Source: an uncultured Bacilli bacterium
GTDB taxonomy: Bacteria; Bacillota_I; Bacilli_A; RF39; UBA660
Assembly: GCA_944331945.1 (NCBI GenBank)
Contig: CALVJC010000067.1
Coordinates: 1 to 33,321, forward strand
Direction of reading: 5' to 3'
Length of the DNA stretch: 33,321 nt
Shown: in pieces, positions 16,558-26,194 of the stretch
Layout: each line of letters begins with the position of its first letter
Position numbering within the stretch: the stretch's first letter is position 1
Notes under the pieces: model-generated
What the model saw: only the letters and a program-made list of their open reading frames with translations
Told to the model about the DNA's origin: nothing
Databases searched by the model: none
Translations under genes and position numbers: made by a program

Positions 16558-17724
16558 ATGGCAGTAATAAAATGTAAAAATTGTGGTAAAGAAATCAGTG
16601 ATACCACCAAGTATTGTGTTCACTGTGGACACCCTGTGAAAGAAGAAGTGGAAGAAAGACCTATTGTAAATATCTATGCCAATATTTTAACCTTACTTCC
16701 TTTCTTGGAAGTCGGTTTTATTTGGCTCTTATGGAATTTGACAGATTCTTATCTAATTAGTTTGATTGTCAATATTATTGTATTTTTGATAGCTAGTTTA
16801 ATTTTACTAAAGAAAGATTATCAGAGATTAAAATCATCGAATGTTGATACTGATATCATCGAACCATTTCATTTATCTAGAGTATCTGTTCCCAAATATC
16901 TTTGGAAGCGATCAAAGATTTTATCACAAAATTGTTTTCGCTTTCTCCTTTGGATCATAGGCTTTATTTTCTTTGTCATCGTTGTTATTTTCGAAATAAA
17001 TCCTTTTTCTACCAAAAAAGAAGACCTAATTGCTTGGGTAAAAACATCTACATATGAAAAGTGTCCTGGTTTTACGGTAGAAGAAGTATTAGGAACTCAT
17101 ATTTCTAATTTATCATGGAGTAGTGATTATGACAATGTGACTCAAGAAGCTATTGTAACAGCCGAAGGAAAAATTGGCTGGTATGATAAAAAAGAAAGAA
17201 TTCGTATTACTTATCGGATTGAAGGGGAATACTTCTATTTACAACAATTAACGATTGCTGGAGAATCCAAAGGAGAAAATGTTCACGATTATATCATTGA
17301 TAATTCATGCGAAATACAAAATGAAATGTATAATGCCGATCAAGCCGAAGAGGAAGTAGAAGAGAATGAAACTTCCTCTCCTCGTAATTATAAAGAAATT
17401 GATTTTAATGAATTTGAAACCCTGGCGGATAAAAGTTCTCCCTCCCTTTTCTATATTAGAAGAGATACTTGTTCTTACTGTAAAGAAATGGATCCTATTA
17501 TGAAAGAAATTGCTTTGGAATATGATATTCCTGTTTTTGCCATTGATATAGATGATTGGACCACCTCAGAAGTTGAAGCTCTGTTTGCCATTGATCCAAA
17601 TGGACGGATTGGAGGAACTCCAAGTTTGATTATTGTTTATGATAATTATTTACAAGCATATCTTTCAGGACTTACGGAAAAAGAAAATATCGTAGATTTC
17701 TTATATGAAAATAGTATGCTCTAA
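16558..17724 (+). CDS. Zinc-ribbon / 3-TM / extracytoplasmic thioredoxin-fold (CxxC) fusion protein
   Basis: N-terminal CKNCG...CVHCG ribbon and three hydrophobic helices. The Lys/Arg-rich loop between TM2 and TM3 is predicted cytoplasmic, which places the C-terminal part outside. The C-terminus has a thioredoxin-like motif FYIRRDTCSYCKEMDP...GTPSLIIV. Confidence 0.7.
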   Translation: MAVIKCKNCGKEISDTTKYCVHCGHPVKEEVEERPIVNIYANILTLLPFLEVGFIWLLWNLTDSYLISLIVNIIVFLIASLILLKKDYQRLKSSNVDTDIIEPFHLSRVSVPKYLWKRSKILSQNCFRFLLWIIGFIFFVIVVIFEINPFSTKKEDLIAWVKTSTYEKCPGFTVEEVLGTHISNLSWSSDYDNVTQEAIVTAEGKIGWYDKKERIRITYRIEGEYFYLQQLTIAGESKGENVHDYIIDNSCEIQNEMYNADQAEEEVEENETSSPRNYKEIDFNEFETLADKSSPSLFYIRRDTCSYCKEMDPIMKEIALEYDIPVFAIDIDDWTTSEVEALFAIDPNGRIGGTPSLIIVYDNYLQAYLSGLTEKENIVDFLYENSML

Positions 17725-17729
17725 AATAA

Positions 17730-18636
<907 letters not shown>

Positions 18637-18649
18637 GAGGAGATCCAAG

Positions 18650-19450
18650 ATGTTTCAAAAAGAAAACTATAAAATGATTGTTACCGATCTAGATGGAACT
18701 CTACTAGATAAAGATGGAAAAATTAGTCCTTATACCATAGACATATTAAAAAAAGTAAAAGAACAAAGCTATTATTTAACGATCGCGACAGGACGAAGTC
18801 TTTATTCGGTACAAAATGCAATACCTGATGTTTCTTTCTTTGACTATCTTTTATTAAATAATGGAGTTTATTGTTATTCTCCCAAGAAAGAACAAGGAAC
18901 CTATTTTGGTTTTATCAAACAGGAAGAGATAGAAGACTTAATTGCAAATTTTGATCAAGATAGTAGTGAAATTGACTTTTGTTCTGCCTATAACTATTAT
19001 ATTTATAAAGCAACCCCCAAAAGAAAATTAGATTTTATCAAAGGAATAAAAAACATTTCAGAAATCAAAGAAAAAATTACTAAAATAAATTTTTTCCCGA
19101 AAGATCAAACAGAACTTTTAAATTTATATCAAGAATTTAAAACAAAATATCAAAACTTGGATATCATGGTGATGCAAGAAAGTAATACCAAAGAACAATG
19201 GCTTGTTTTAATGCCCAAAGATGTCAATAAAAAAACATCGGTTGAAAAGGTCTGCCAAAATTTAGGCATCACGTTACAACAAGTTATTGCCTTTGGTGAT
19301 GCCAAAAATGATCTTCCCTTAATCAAAGCCTCAGGATATAGCATTACGGTATCAACGGCTTTAGAAGAAGTGAAAGAAGTAGCAACCCAAGTGTTGGAAG
19401 GAGAAGAAGGCGATACGATAGCCCATTTTCTAGAGAAAAATATTTTATAA
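18650..19450 (+). CDS. Cof-type HAD-IIB family hydrolase
   Basis: DLDGTLL motif I, TGR motif [11 protein letters not shown] motif IV. Start moved to ATG 18650 (GGAGG at 18636-18640). Confidence 0.85.
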   Translation: MFQKENYKMIVTDLDGTLLDKDGKISPYTIDILKKVKEQSYYLTIATGRSLYSVQNAIPDVSFFDYLLLNNGVYCYSPKKEQGTYFGFIKQEEIEDLIANFDQDSSEIDFCSAYNYYIYKATPKRKLDFIKGIKNISEIKEKITKINFFPKDQTELLNLYQEFKTKYQNLDIMVMQESNTKEQWLVLMPKDVNKKTSVEKVCQNLGITLQQVIAFGDAKNDLPLIKASGYSITVSTALEEVKEVATQVLEGEEGDTIAHFLEKNIL

Positions 19451-19454
19451 ACAG

Positions 19455-19477
19455 AATCAGATTACATCTGATTTTTT
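19455..19477 (+). terminator. Rho-independent terminator
   Basis: AATCAGAT / ATCTGATT stem with a TAC loop and a T-run. Confidence 0.65.
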
Positions 19478-19527
19478 GTCTAAATCATGTAAAATCAAAG
19501 CCTTTTTGCATGAGAAACCCAGGTTTG

Positions 19528-19536
19528 TGTTATAAT
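19528..19536 (+). promoter_or_regulatory. Extended -10 promoter (TGTTATAAT) for pflBA
   Basis: A perfect TGnTATAAT lies inside the 5' extension of track ORF 19510. RBS GGAGG lies before ATG 19555. Confidence 0.55.
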
Positions 19537-19554
19537 AGAAAACGGAGGTTAGAA

Positions 19555-21783
19555 ATGAGAAAAGAATGGAGAAATTTTAAAGAAGGCGTTTGGACAGAAG
19601 AAGTCAACGTCCGTGATTTTATACAAAAAAATTATAAAAATTATCAAGGGGATGAATCTTTCTTAGAAGGAACAACCGAAAAAACCAATAAAGTTTGGTC
19701 TCATTGTGAGGACCTTTTGAAAGAAGAATTAAAGAAACATGTTCTTGATATTGATGTAGATCATATGTCAGGCATTAATGCCTTTGCACCCGGTTATATT
19801 AATGAAGAAGACGATGTTATTGTAGGATTACAAACGGATGCACCCTTAAAGAGAATTATCAATCCTTATGGTGGAATCCGCATGGTTTACCAAGAACTAG
19901 ATGCCTATGGTTATAAATTAAATCCGACGGTGGATAAATATTTTAATGAATTCCGCAAAACCCATAATCAAGGTGTTTTTGATGCTTATACAGATGAAAT
20001 CAAAAAAGCCCGTCATGCTGGACTTTTAACTGGACTTCCCGATGCTTATGGAAGAGGAAGAATCATAGGGGATTATCGTCGTGTCGCTTTATACGGAATT
20101 GACTATTTGATGGAACAAAAGAAGAAAGACTTTGAATCTCTTCTAGGGCCAATGAATAGTGACTTGATTCAACTAAGAGAAGACGTTTCAATGCAATATC
20201 GAGCTTTGGACCAAATAAAACAGATGGCTAAAAGCTATGGCTTTGATATTTCAGAACCAGCCAATAATGCCAAAGAAGCGGTACAATGGACGTATTTTGG
20301 TTACTTAGCTGCTGTTAAAGAAAACAATGGAGCAGCCATGAGCTTAGGACGGGTGGATGCTTTCTTTGATATTTATTTTGAACGGGACTTAGAAGAAGGC
20401 ACAATTACCGAAAAAGAAATTCAAGAGATCATAGATCAATTTGTTATTAAATTAAGACTAGTGCGGCATTTAAGAACGCCAGACTATGACGAACTATTCT
20501 CAGGAGATCCTACTTGGGTTACTTGTTCCATCGGAGGAATTGGCGAAGATGGACGGAGTATGGTTACTAAAACAAGTTACCGTATTTTACATACCCTAAC
20601 CAATCTAGATACCGCTCCAGAGCCAAATATGACCGTCTTATGGAGTGTAAAATTGGAAGAAAACTTCAAGAAATACTGTGCCAAAATGAGTATTGAAACC
20701 GATGCCATTCAATACGAAAGCGATGATGTTATGCGTCCAATTTATGGGGATGATTATGCCATTGCTTGTTGTGTTTCTGCTATGAGAGAAGGCAAAGACA
20801 TGCAGTTCTTTGGAGCTCGTTGTAATTTGGCTAAAACACTTCTTTATTCTATGAATGGTGGCATTGATGAAATGAAAGGAACCAAAGTCCTAGATGGCTT
20901 TGAAAAGATGAGTGATGAAATCTTAGATTATGATAAGGTTAAAAAAGAATACTTTAGAGCTATCGAAAAAGTAGCTGAAATTTATTCCAATGCCATGAAC
21001 ATCATTCACTACATGCATGATAAATACGCTTATGAAGCAGGACAAATGGCTCTCCATGATACCCATGTCAATCGCCTAATGGCTTATGGAGTAGCGGGAT
21101 TATCGGTTGTAGCAGACTCACTATCAGCAATAAAATATGCCAAAGTAAAACCGATTCGCAATGAAGAAGGAATTATGATTGATTTTGAAGTAGAAGGAGA
21201 CTATCCAAAATACGGAAACGATGATGATAGAGTCGACAACATTGCCAAAGAAGTACTAGAAAAAATGTATCAGGAACTAGCAAAACATAAATGTTATCGT
21301 GATGCTCATCCAACCCTTTCGGTCTTAACGATTACATCCAATGTTGTCTATGGAAGTAAAACAGGCGCTACCCCAGATGGTAGAAAAGCCGGTGTTGCTT
21401 TTGCTCCAGGCGCTAATCCAATGCATGGAAGAGACGGAAGTGGTGCCATTGCCTCTTTAAATTCCGTAGCCAAACTTGATTATGCTTCCTGCTGCCGTGA
21501 TGGAATTTCCAATACTTTTTCCATCGTTCCAACATCCTTAGGACATACCAAAGAAGAACAAATCGATAATCTTGTCAGCTTATTAGATGGCTACTTTGTC
21601 CAAGGCGCTCACCACTTAAATGTTAATGTTTTAAGTCGAGAAACCTTAATTGATGCCATGAATAATCCGGATAAATATCCACTTTTAACCATCCGTGTTT
21701 CTGGCTATGCCGTACGCTTTAATCGCTTAACAAGAAAGCAACAAGAAGAAGTGATTGCCCGCACTTTCCATGAGAAGATGTAA
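19555..21783 (+). CDS. pflB: Formate C-acetyltransferase (pyruvate formate-lyase)
   Basis: Active-site IACCVSAM (Cys-Cys) and the C-terminal glycyl-radical motif [11 protein letters not shown]. About 742 aa from ATG 19555. Confidence 0.95.
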   Translation: MRKEWRNFKEGVWTEEVNVRDFIQKNYKNYQGDESFLEGTTEKTNKVWSHCEDLLKEELKKHVLDIDVDHMSGINAFAPGYINEEDDVIVGLQTDAPLKRIINPYGGIRMVYQELDAYGYKLNPTVDKYFNEFRKTHNQGVFDAYTDEIKKARHAGLLTGLPDAYGRGRIIGDYRRVALYGIDYLMEQKKKDFESLLGPMNSDLIQLREDVSMQYRALDQIKQMAKSYGFDISEPANNAKEAVQWTYFGYLAAVKENNGAAMSLGRVDAFFDIYFERDLEEGTITEKEIQEIIDQFVIKLRLVRHLRTPDYDELFSGDPTWVTCSIGGIGEDGRSMVTKTSYRILHTLTNLDTAPEPNMTVLWSVKLEENFKKYCAKMSIETDAIQYESDDVMRPIYGDDYAIACCVSAMREGKDMQFFGARCNLAKTLLYSMNGGIDEMKGTKVLDGFEKMSDEILDYDKVKKEYFRAIEKVAEIYSNAMNIIHYMHDKYAYEAGQMALHDTHVNRLMAYGVAGLSVVADSLSAIKYAKVKPIRNEEGIMIDFEVEGDYPKYGNDDDRVDNIAKEVLEKMYQELAKHKCYRDAHPTLSVLTITSNVVYGSKTGATPDGRKAGVAFAPGANPMHGRDGSGAIASLNSVAKLDYASCCRDGISNTFSIVPTSLGHTKEEQIDNLVSLLDGYFVQGAHHLNVNVLSRETLIDAMNNPDKYPLLTIRVSGYAVRFNRLTRKQQEEVIARTFHEKM

Positions 21784-22505
21784 TGAAAGGTGCAATTGAT
21801 TCGATCGAAACCTTCGGGCTTGTGGATGGCCCGGGGATTCGTACCGTTGTTTTTTTCAGTGGATGTCGTCTTCGCTGTCTTTACTGCCATAACCCTGAAA
21901 TGTGGGTAAAAGGCAAAGAAAACATGACGAGTGAGGAATTACTCCAAAAAATATTGCGGAATAAACCTTACTTTATGAGAAATTCGGGGGGAGTAACGTT
22001 CTCTGGTGGGGAACCTCTTCTCCAAATCGATTTTCTTTTAGATATCTGTAAAAAATTAAAACAAGAAGGAATTCATATTGCTCTAGATACCTGTGGAGTA
22101 GGAGTAGGACACTATGATGAGATTTTAAGTCTTGTTGATTTAGTTCTTTTCGATGTCAAATATACGACAAGAGAAGGCTATAAACATGTGACGGGTCAAG
22201 AAATGGATGAATCTTTAAAATTTATCGAAGCCATGAATCGAAGTGGTAAACCGGTTTGGATTCGTCAAGTTGTCGTTCCAACCATGATGGATAGTTTCGC
22301 TTACATCGATAGCTTAGTGGAATATCTTAAGAAAATAAAAAATATTGAACGCGTCGAATTCTTACCATTCCATCATATGGGCTTTGAAAAATATGAAAAA
22401 TTAAAAATTCCCAACCCCTTAAAAAATATAGAACCAATGGATGTAGAAAAGTGTAATCAACTTCATGATCTTTTCATGAAAAAGTGGGAAGAATCTAAAA
22501 AATAA
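21783..22505 (+). CDS. pflA: Pyruvate formate-lyase activating enzyme (radical SAM)
   Basis: GLVDGPGIRTVVFFSGCRLRCLYCHNPE (CX3CX2C). The start overlaps the pflB stop (TAATG). Confidence 0.93.
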   Translation: MKGAIDSIETFGLVDGPGIRTVVFFSGCRLRCLYCHNPEMWVKGKENMTSEELLQKILRNKPYFMRNSGGVTFSGGEPLLQIDFLLDICKKLKQEGIHIALDTCGVGVGHYDEILSLVDLVLFDVKYTTREGYKHVTGQEMDESLKFIEAMNRSGKPVWIRQVVVPTMMDSFAYIDSLVEYLKKIKNIERVEFLPFHHMGFEKYEKLKIPNPLKNIEPMDVEKCNQLHDLFMKKWEESKK

Positions 22506-22506
22506 A

Positions 22507-22549
22507 AGAGACTATTAGAAAACAAATATCTTCTAACAGTCTCTTTTTT
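22507..22549 (+). terminator. Rho-independent terminator after pflA
   Basis: AGAGACT-A-TTAGAA / TTCTAA-C-AGTCTCT stem (13 bp, one mismatch), followed by TTTTT. Confidence 0.75.
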
Positions 22550-22552
22550 ATG

Positions 22553-22571
22553 AAAAGCCGAATCATTCGAC
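22553..22571 (-). terminator. Small terminator downstream of tRNA-Lys
   Basis: Minus-strand RNA GUCGAA-UGA-UUCGGC (6 bp including one G-U), followed by UUUU. Confidence 0.4.
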
Positions 22572-22584
22572 CCAATGTTTAAAG

Positions 22585-22660
22585 TGGTGGGCTGTTAGGG
22601 ATTCGAACCCTAGACCCACTGATTAAGAGTCAGTTGCTCTACCAACTGAGCTAACAGCCC
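22585..22660 (-). tRNA. tRNA-Lys (anticodon CUU), CCA encoded
   Basis: The reverse complement folds as a cloverleaf. Acceptor GGGCTGT/ACAGCCC. Anticodon stem ACTGA/TCAGT with loop CTCTTAA. T-arm TAGGG-TTCGAAT-CCCTA. 3' ACCA. Confidence 0.93.
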
Positions 22661-22680
22661 ATAAATTTGACTACGGATAT

Positions 22681-22689
22681 ACTATAACA
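22681..22689 (-). promoter_or_regulatory. Extended -10 promoter (TGTTATAGT) for tRNA-Lys
   Basis: The reverse complement of ACTATAACA lies about 20 nt upstream of the tRNA 5' end. Confidence 0.45.
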
Positions 22690-22783
22690 CAAAAAAAGAT
22701 AAAAGAAAAGAGGTAAATTCTTTAAATCTTAGAAAGAACTTGTTAATAATAGCTCTAAGAATATAGACGAAAATAAGTTTGAA

Positions 22784-22792
22784 TGCTATAAT
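22784..22792 (+). promoter_or_regulatory. Extended -10 promoter (TGCTATAAT) for the SPFH-ZnR operon
   Basis: A perfect TGnTATAAT. TAGACG (4/6 match to TTGACA) lies 17 nt upstream. Confidence 0.55.
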
Positions 22793-22827
22793 TTAATAAG
22801 ATTAATAAGGTGTGAAAGGTGAATATT

Positions 22828-23973
22828 ATGCAGTTATATGAAGTTATTAAGTATGAGGGAGATAATGATAATATCGTATGGAAATACGAAAAAGAAGATT
22901 TTAATTTAGGCTCCCAACTCATTGTCCATGAATCCCAAGAAGCAATTTTCTTTTTAAATGGGCAAGCGCTAGACGTTTTTGGTCCGGGAAAGTACACCCT
23001 AGAAACAGAAAACTTACCACTTTTATCAAAGATAATCAATTTACCAACTGGAGGAGAATCCCCATTTCACTGCGAAGTATATTTTATTAATAAGGTAGAA
23101 CACTTGGCCATAAAGTGGGGAACCGATAGCAAAATTCAATATATGGAGCCAAATTATCACTTTCCCATATATATAGGAGCTAGTGGAGAAATGGCTATTG
23201 GCATCAGCAATGCCAAGAAACTTTTAATAAAATTAGTGGGAACAGAAAAAAAACTAAGTAAAGACAAATTGATTTCTTACTTTAAAGCTTTTCTGATGAT
23301 TCGATTAAAACCACTTTTATCGAAATATATTCGAGAAAACAAAACTAATATTTTTGAGATTGATGAACAACTAGAAACCATATCAAAAGAAGTAAAAGAC
23401 AAATTAATTTCTGATTTTCAAGAATATGGCATAGACTTAAAACAATTCTTTATTACTGCTATTGTAAAACCGGATGGTAATGATCAATATGAAAAATTTA
23501 AAGATCTATATTTCAGACAGTATGCTGATGTTGCTGAAGCAGAGTTAAAACAAAAAGTAGATATCATTCATCAACAAACAGAATCGAAAAAAATGGTTAT
23601 CGAAGCAGAAGGAATAGCAGAAAAAAGAAAAACAGAAGGTTACACTTATCAAGAGGAAAGAGGCTTTGATGTGGCAGAAAAAATTGCTGCTAATGAAGGA
23701 GCTGGAAACTTTAGTAGCGCTGGAATTGGGATGGGAATAATGACAAGCGTTGGCAGTACGGTTCATAATACTTTTGGAACTGCGATGAATAACGTGGAAG
23801 AACAGCAAAATAAATTTTGTGAAAACTGTGGAGCTAGAATCGAAGTAGGACAAAAGTTTTGTAGCAATTGCGGAACTGCGTTAAACAAAATAGAAATTTG
23901 TAAATATTGCTCGCATCCCTTAAAAAAATCCAATAGATTTTGCCCAAACTGTGGAAAGGAAAGAGATGAATAA
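22828..23973 (+). CDS. YdjI-type SPFH-domain protein with two C-terminal zinc ribbons
   Basis: The N-terminus has the signature I recognise from YdjI/COG4260 ('virion core-like' SPFH): IKYEG...IVWKY...LGSQLIVHESQEAIFFLNGQ...FGPGKYTLETENLP. A Gly-rich hydrophobic patch follows, then CENCG-x10-CSNCG and CKYC-x10-CPNCG. Start at ATG 22828 (RBS AAAGGTG). Confidence 0.75.
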   Translation: MQLYEVIKYEGDNDNIVWKYEKEDFNLGSQLIVHESQEAIFFLNGQALDVFGPGKYTLETENLPLLSKIINLPTGGESPFHCEVYFINKVEHLAIKWGTDSKIQYMEPNYHFPIYIGASGEMAIGISNAKKLLIKLVGTEKKLSKDKLISYFKAFLMIRLKPLLSKYIRENKTNIFEIDEQLETISKEVKDKLISDFQEYGIDLKQFFITAIVKPDGNDQYEKFKDLYFRQYADVAEAELKQKVDIIHQQTESKKMVIEAEGIAEKRKTEGYTYQEERGFDVAEKIAANEGAGNFSSAGIGMGIMTSVGSTVHNTFGTAMNNVEEQQNKFCENCGARIEVGQKFCSNCGTALNKIEICKYCSHPLKKSNRFCPNCGKERDE

Positions 23974-24626
23974 TGAAAGCAAAAAATATTCTAATTCCTA
24001 ATATAATTATTTGTATTGTCGTAAGTATCATTGCCTTTCTCGTGCCAACAAATATTCCTATTACGACTTTTCTTGTTACCTATGTGTTATATTTACTTTT
24101 TCAAATTTTTTCTTGGCTTTTATGCATAAAAACAACGGAAAAAGATATAAAAAAAAGAGTGAACAATACTCCGATCTGGATGATCTATGTTTTGTTCCAT
24201 ATTCTTTTCATCATTCTATTATTTTGTAGTAGATGTCTCAAAATATCTTTTCCGCTTATAATCATATTATGTGTAATACTCTTAGGAATTTACAGTTTAC
24301 TCATATTTCTATTATATAAAACCAAAAATTATATAATTCAAAAAGACTCTCAAATAAAAACCACAACTCAAACCACTAAAAGTTGGAAAATAAGACTAGA
24401 AATAATAATTTCAAAAAATAAGAATGATTCTCTAGCAAAAGAGTTAAATGATTTATATGAAAATTTAAAATATATAGATACTACTTCAAATGAAAGTACC
24501 ATACAAATAGATGAAAAGATAAACAACATATTAAATCATAAGAAAGAAACTTTAACCTTAGAAGAAATACAACAATTAGATCAATTGTGGAAAGAAAGAA
24601 GCATTATCTTAAAAAATACCAAATAG
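23973..24626 (+). CDS. 4-TM membrane protein with a polar C-terminal domain, unknown function
   Basis: The start overlaps the upstream stop (TAATG). Four hydrophobic helices in residues 1-115, then about 95 polar residues. Confidence 0.65.
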   Translation: MKAKNILIPNIIICIVVSIIAFLVPTNIPITTFLVTYVLYLLFQIFSWLLCIKTTEKDIKKRVNNTPIWMIYVLFHILFIILLFCSRCLKISFPLIIILCVILLGIYSLLIFLLYKTKNYIIQKDSQIKTTTQTTKSWKIRLEIIISKNKNDSLAKELNDLYENLKYIDTTSNESTIQIDEKINNILNHKKETLTLEEIQQLDQLWKERSIILKNTK

Positions 24627-24638
24627 AAGGAGAAAATA

Positions 24639-25952
24639 ATGAAAAGACTTACTTGTGAAATGTGCGGTAGCATAGATTTAATCAAAAAAGATGGCCTCTT
24701 TGAGTGTCAAAATTGTGGAACGAAATATTCAGTGGAAGAAGCCAAAAAGATGATGGTAGAAGGTGTGGTCGAGGTACAAGGGACCGTAAAAATTGATAGT
24801 TCCAATAAAATAGACAATTTGTTAAAAAATGCTAAGATTTTATATCAAGATGGAAAAACAGGCGAAGCTTATAATCTTTTCGGAGAAGTTTTAAACATTG
24901 ACACTGAAAATTATATAGCCATTGCCTATAGAGGACTTAGTTCTGCTTGGACAACTAGTGTTACTGAACCGAAACAACTTGATGCTGTTAGAGGAGTTGC
25001 TAGAAGCTTGGAACTGGCTTTAAAAAAGTTAGGAAATTCAAAAGAATATCTTGACTTTTCCTTAGAAATCGGAGAAGAAATCGACAAAATTGGGAGCGCT
25101 TGTTTAAAATTATATATTGATTATTATACTAATGCCTCAAATGCTTATGTTGAAAGAATAAAAGAGTTAACAAGTTCTATGAAAAAAGCTGGAATTTATG
25201 CCGATGTTAATTTTTACAAAAGACAAGAACAACAAGCGCTAGCAAAAGTAAATCAAGCTGAGAAGAACTGTAAAGAAGGAACGGAATTAACCATTGCTTC
25301 TTTAAATACGGTGCTAATAAAGATATTATTAGCAAAAGATGTAATTTATTCTGTGAAAGATTATAAAAAGATGCGATCGATGATTGAAACTTATTTAAAG
25401 AAATCTGTTTCCCTGATATCAAAAGATCAATTAAATAAAGGTACTGCATTAATGTTATTTTGTGATAAAAAAATAAAAGAGCATGGGGATAAAAAGCGAG
25501 AAGAATACTGGCAAGAACATCAAGCAGAAAAACAAGAATTAGACAAACAAATACAAGAATGTGAGCAAAAATTAGAAAAATTAAAGAATTATCAGAGTCA
25601 ATTTGAACAAGAAAAAACAGCGTTAGAGCAAAAGATGAATACTAAAGTACCAGCAGAAGAAGATTTAGAAAAAATAGAAAATAAATTGGAAAAATTACAA
25701 GAAGAAAAGAATTCTTTAGGTCTTTTTAAAGGAAAAGAAAAGAAAATAGTACAAGAAAAAATAGATGGTGTGAATCAAGAACTAGAAGCAATAAAGAAAG
25801 AAGTTCAACAAGAAAAAGAAGAATTAAAGAAACAATATATGCCAAATATAGAGGAAATAACAGAAAAACTGTCTAAGATAGAAAAAGAGGCAGAAAGAAT
25901 TACGCAAGAAAAAGAGCAAGCAGAAAATGAATTGAATAAGGATAGAGATTAA
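24639..25952 (+). CDS. Zinc-ribbon protein with a TPR-like region and a long C-terminal coiled coil, unknown function
   Basis: CEMCG-x13-CQNCG ribbon at residues 6-26. A helical mid-region follows. The last ~150 aa are E/K/Q-rich with heptad character (EKQELDKQIQECEQKLEKLK...). RBS GGAG lies 7 nt before the ATG. Confidence 0.7.
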   Translation: MKRLTCEMCGSIDLIKKDGLFECQNCGTKYSVEEAKKMMVEGVVEVQGTVKIDSSNKIDNLLKNAKILYQDGKTGEAYNLFGEVLNIDTENYIAIAYRGLSSAWTTSVTEPKQLDAVRGVARSLELALKKLGNSKEYLDFSLEIGEEIDKIGSACLKLYIDYYTNASNAYVERIKELTSSMKKAGIYADVNFYKRQEQQALAKVNQAEKNCKEGTELTIASLNTVLIKILLAKDVIYSVKDYKKMRSMIETYLKKSVSLISKDQLNKGTALMLFCDKKIKEHGDKKREEYWQEHQAEKQELDKQIQECEQKLEKLKNYQSQFEQEKTALEQKMNTKVPAEEDLEKIENKLEKLQEEKNSLGLFKGKEKKIVQEKIDGVNQELEAIKKEVQQEKEELKKQYMPNIEEITEKLSKIEKEAERITQEKEQAENELNKDRD

Positions 25953-25975
25953 AGGATAGCAAGACTATCCTTTTT
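25951..25975 (+). terminator. Rho-independent terminator ending the three-gene operon
   Basis: AAAGGATAG / CTATCCTTT stem with a CAAGA loop and a T-run. Confidence 0.7.
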
Positions 25976-26194
25976 ACAGCAGAAAAGTAATCCGATAAAC
26001 TCATAAGTATAATTTTACAAAATAGGTAAATTTTAACTATGGAGTATAGAAGTTACCTTATTTAAGATTTGAAGCTTAATTCAATAAGAATAAAATAAAT
26101 TTTGCAAAAAGAGACAATCTATAAAGGAAAAATATGAAAAAGTATGGAAAAAGAGAATAAGTATTGTAAAAAAACAAAATAAGATTTACTATAA

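Noticed and set aside
22553-22830. tRNA-Lys as an integration site, making the adjacent SPFH operon a genomic island
   Set aside because: The operon lies on the 5' side of the tRNA, not the 3' side. The window has no integrase or recombinase. I saw no direct repeat of the tRNA 3' end downstream of 25975. The composition looks like the rest of the window.
26040-26125. Possible yybP-ykoY (Mn2+) riboswitch upstream of the P-type ATPase (GGAGTATAG ... AAAGAGACAATCTATA, with TATAGA/TCTATA pairing)
   Set aside because: The resemblance to the conserved GGGGAGUAG / GAGAC elements is partial. The region lacks the GC-rich helices of known examples. I cannot call it without a covariance-model scan, so it is kept only as part of the leader finding.
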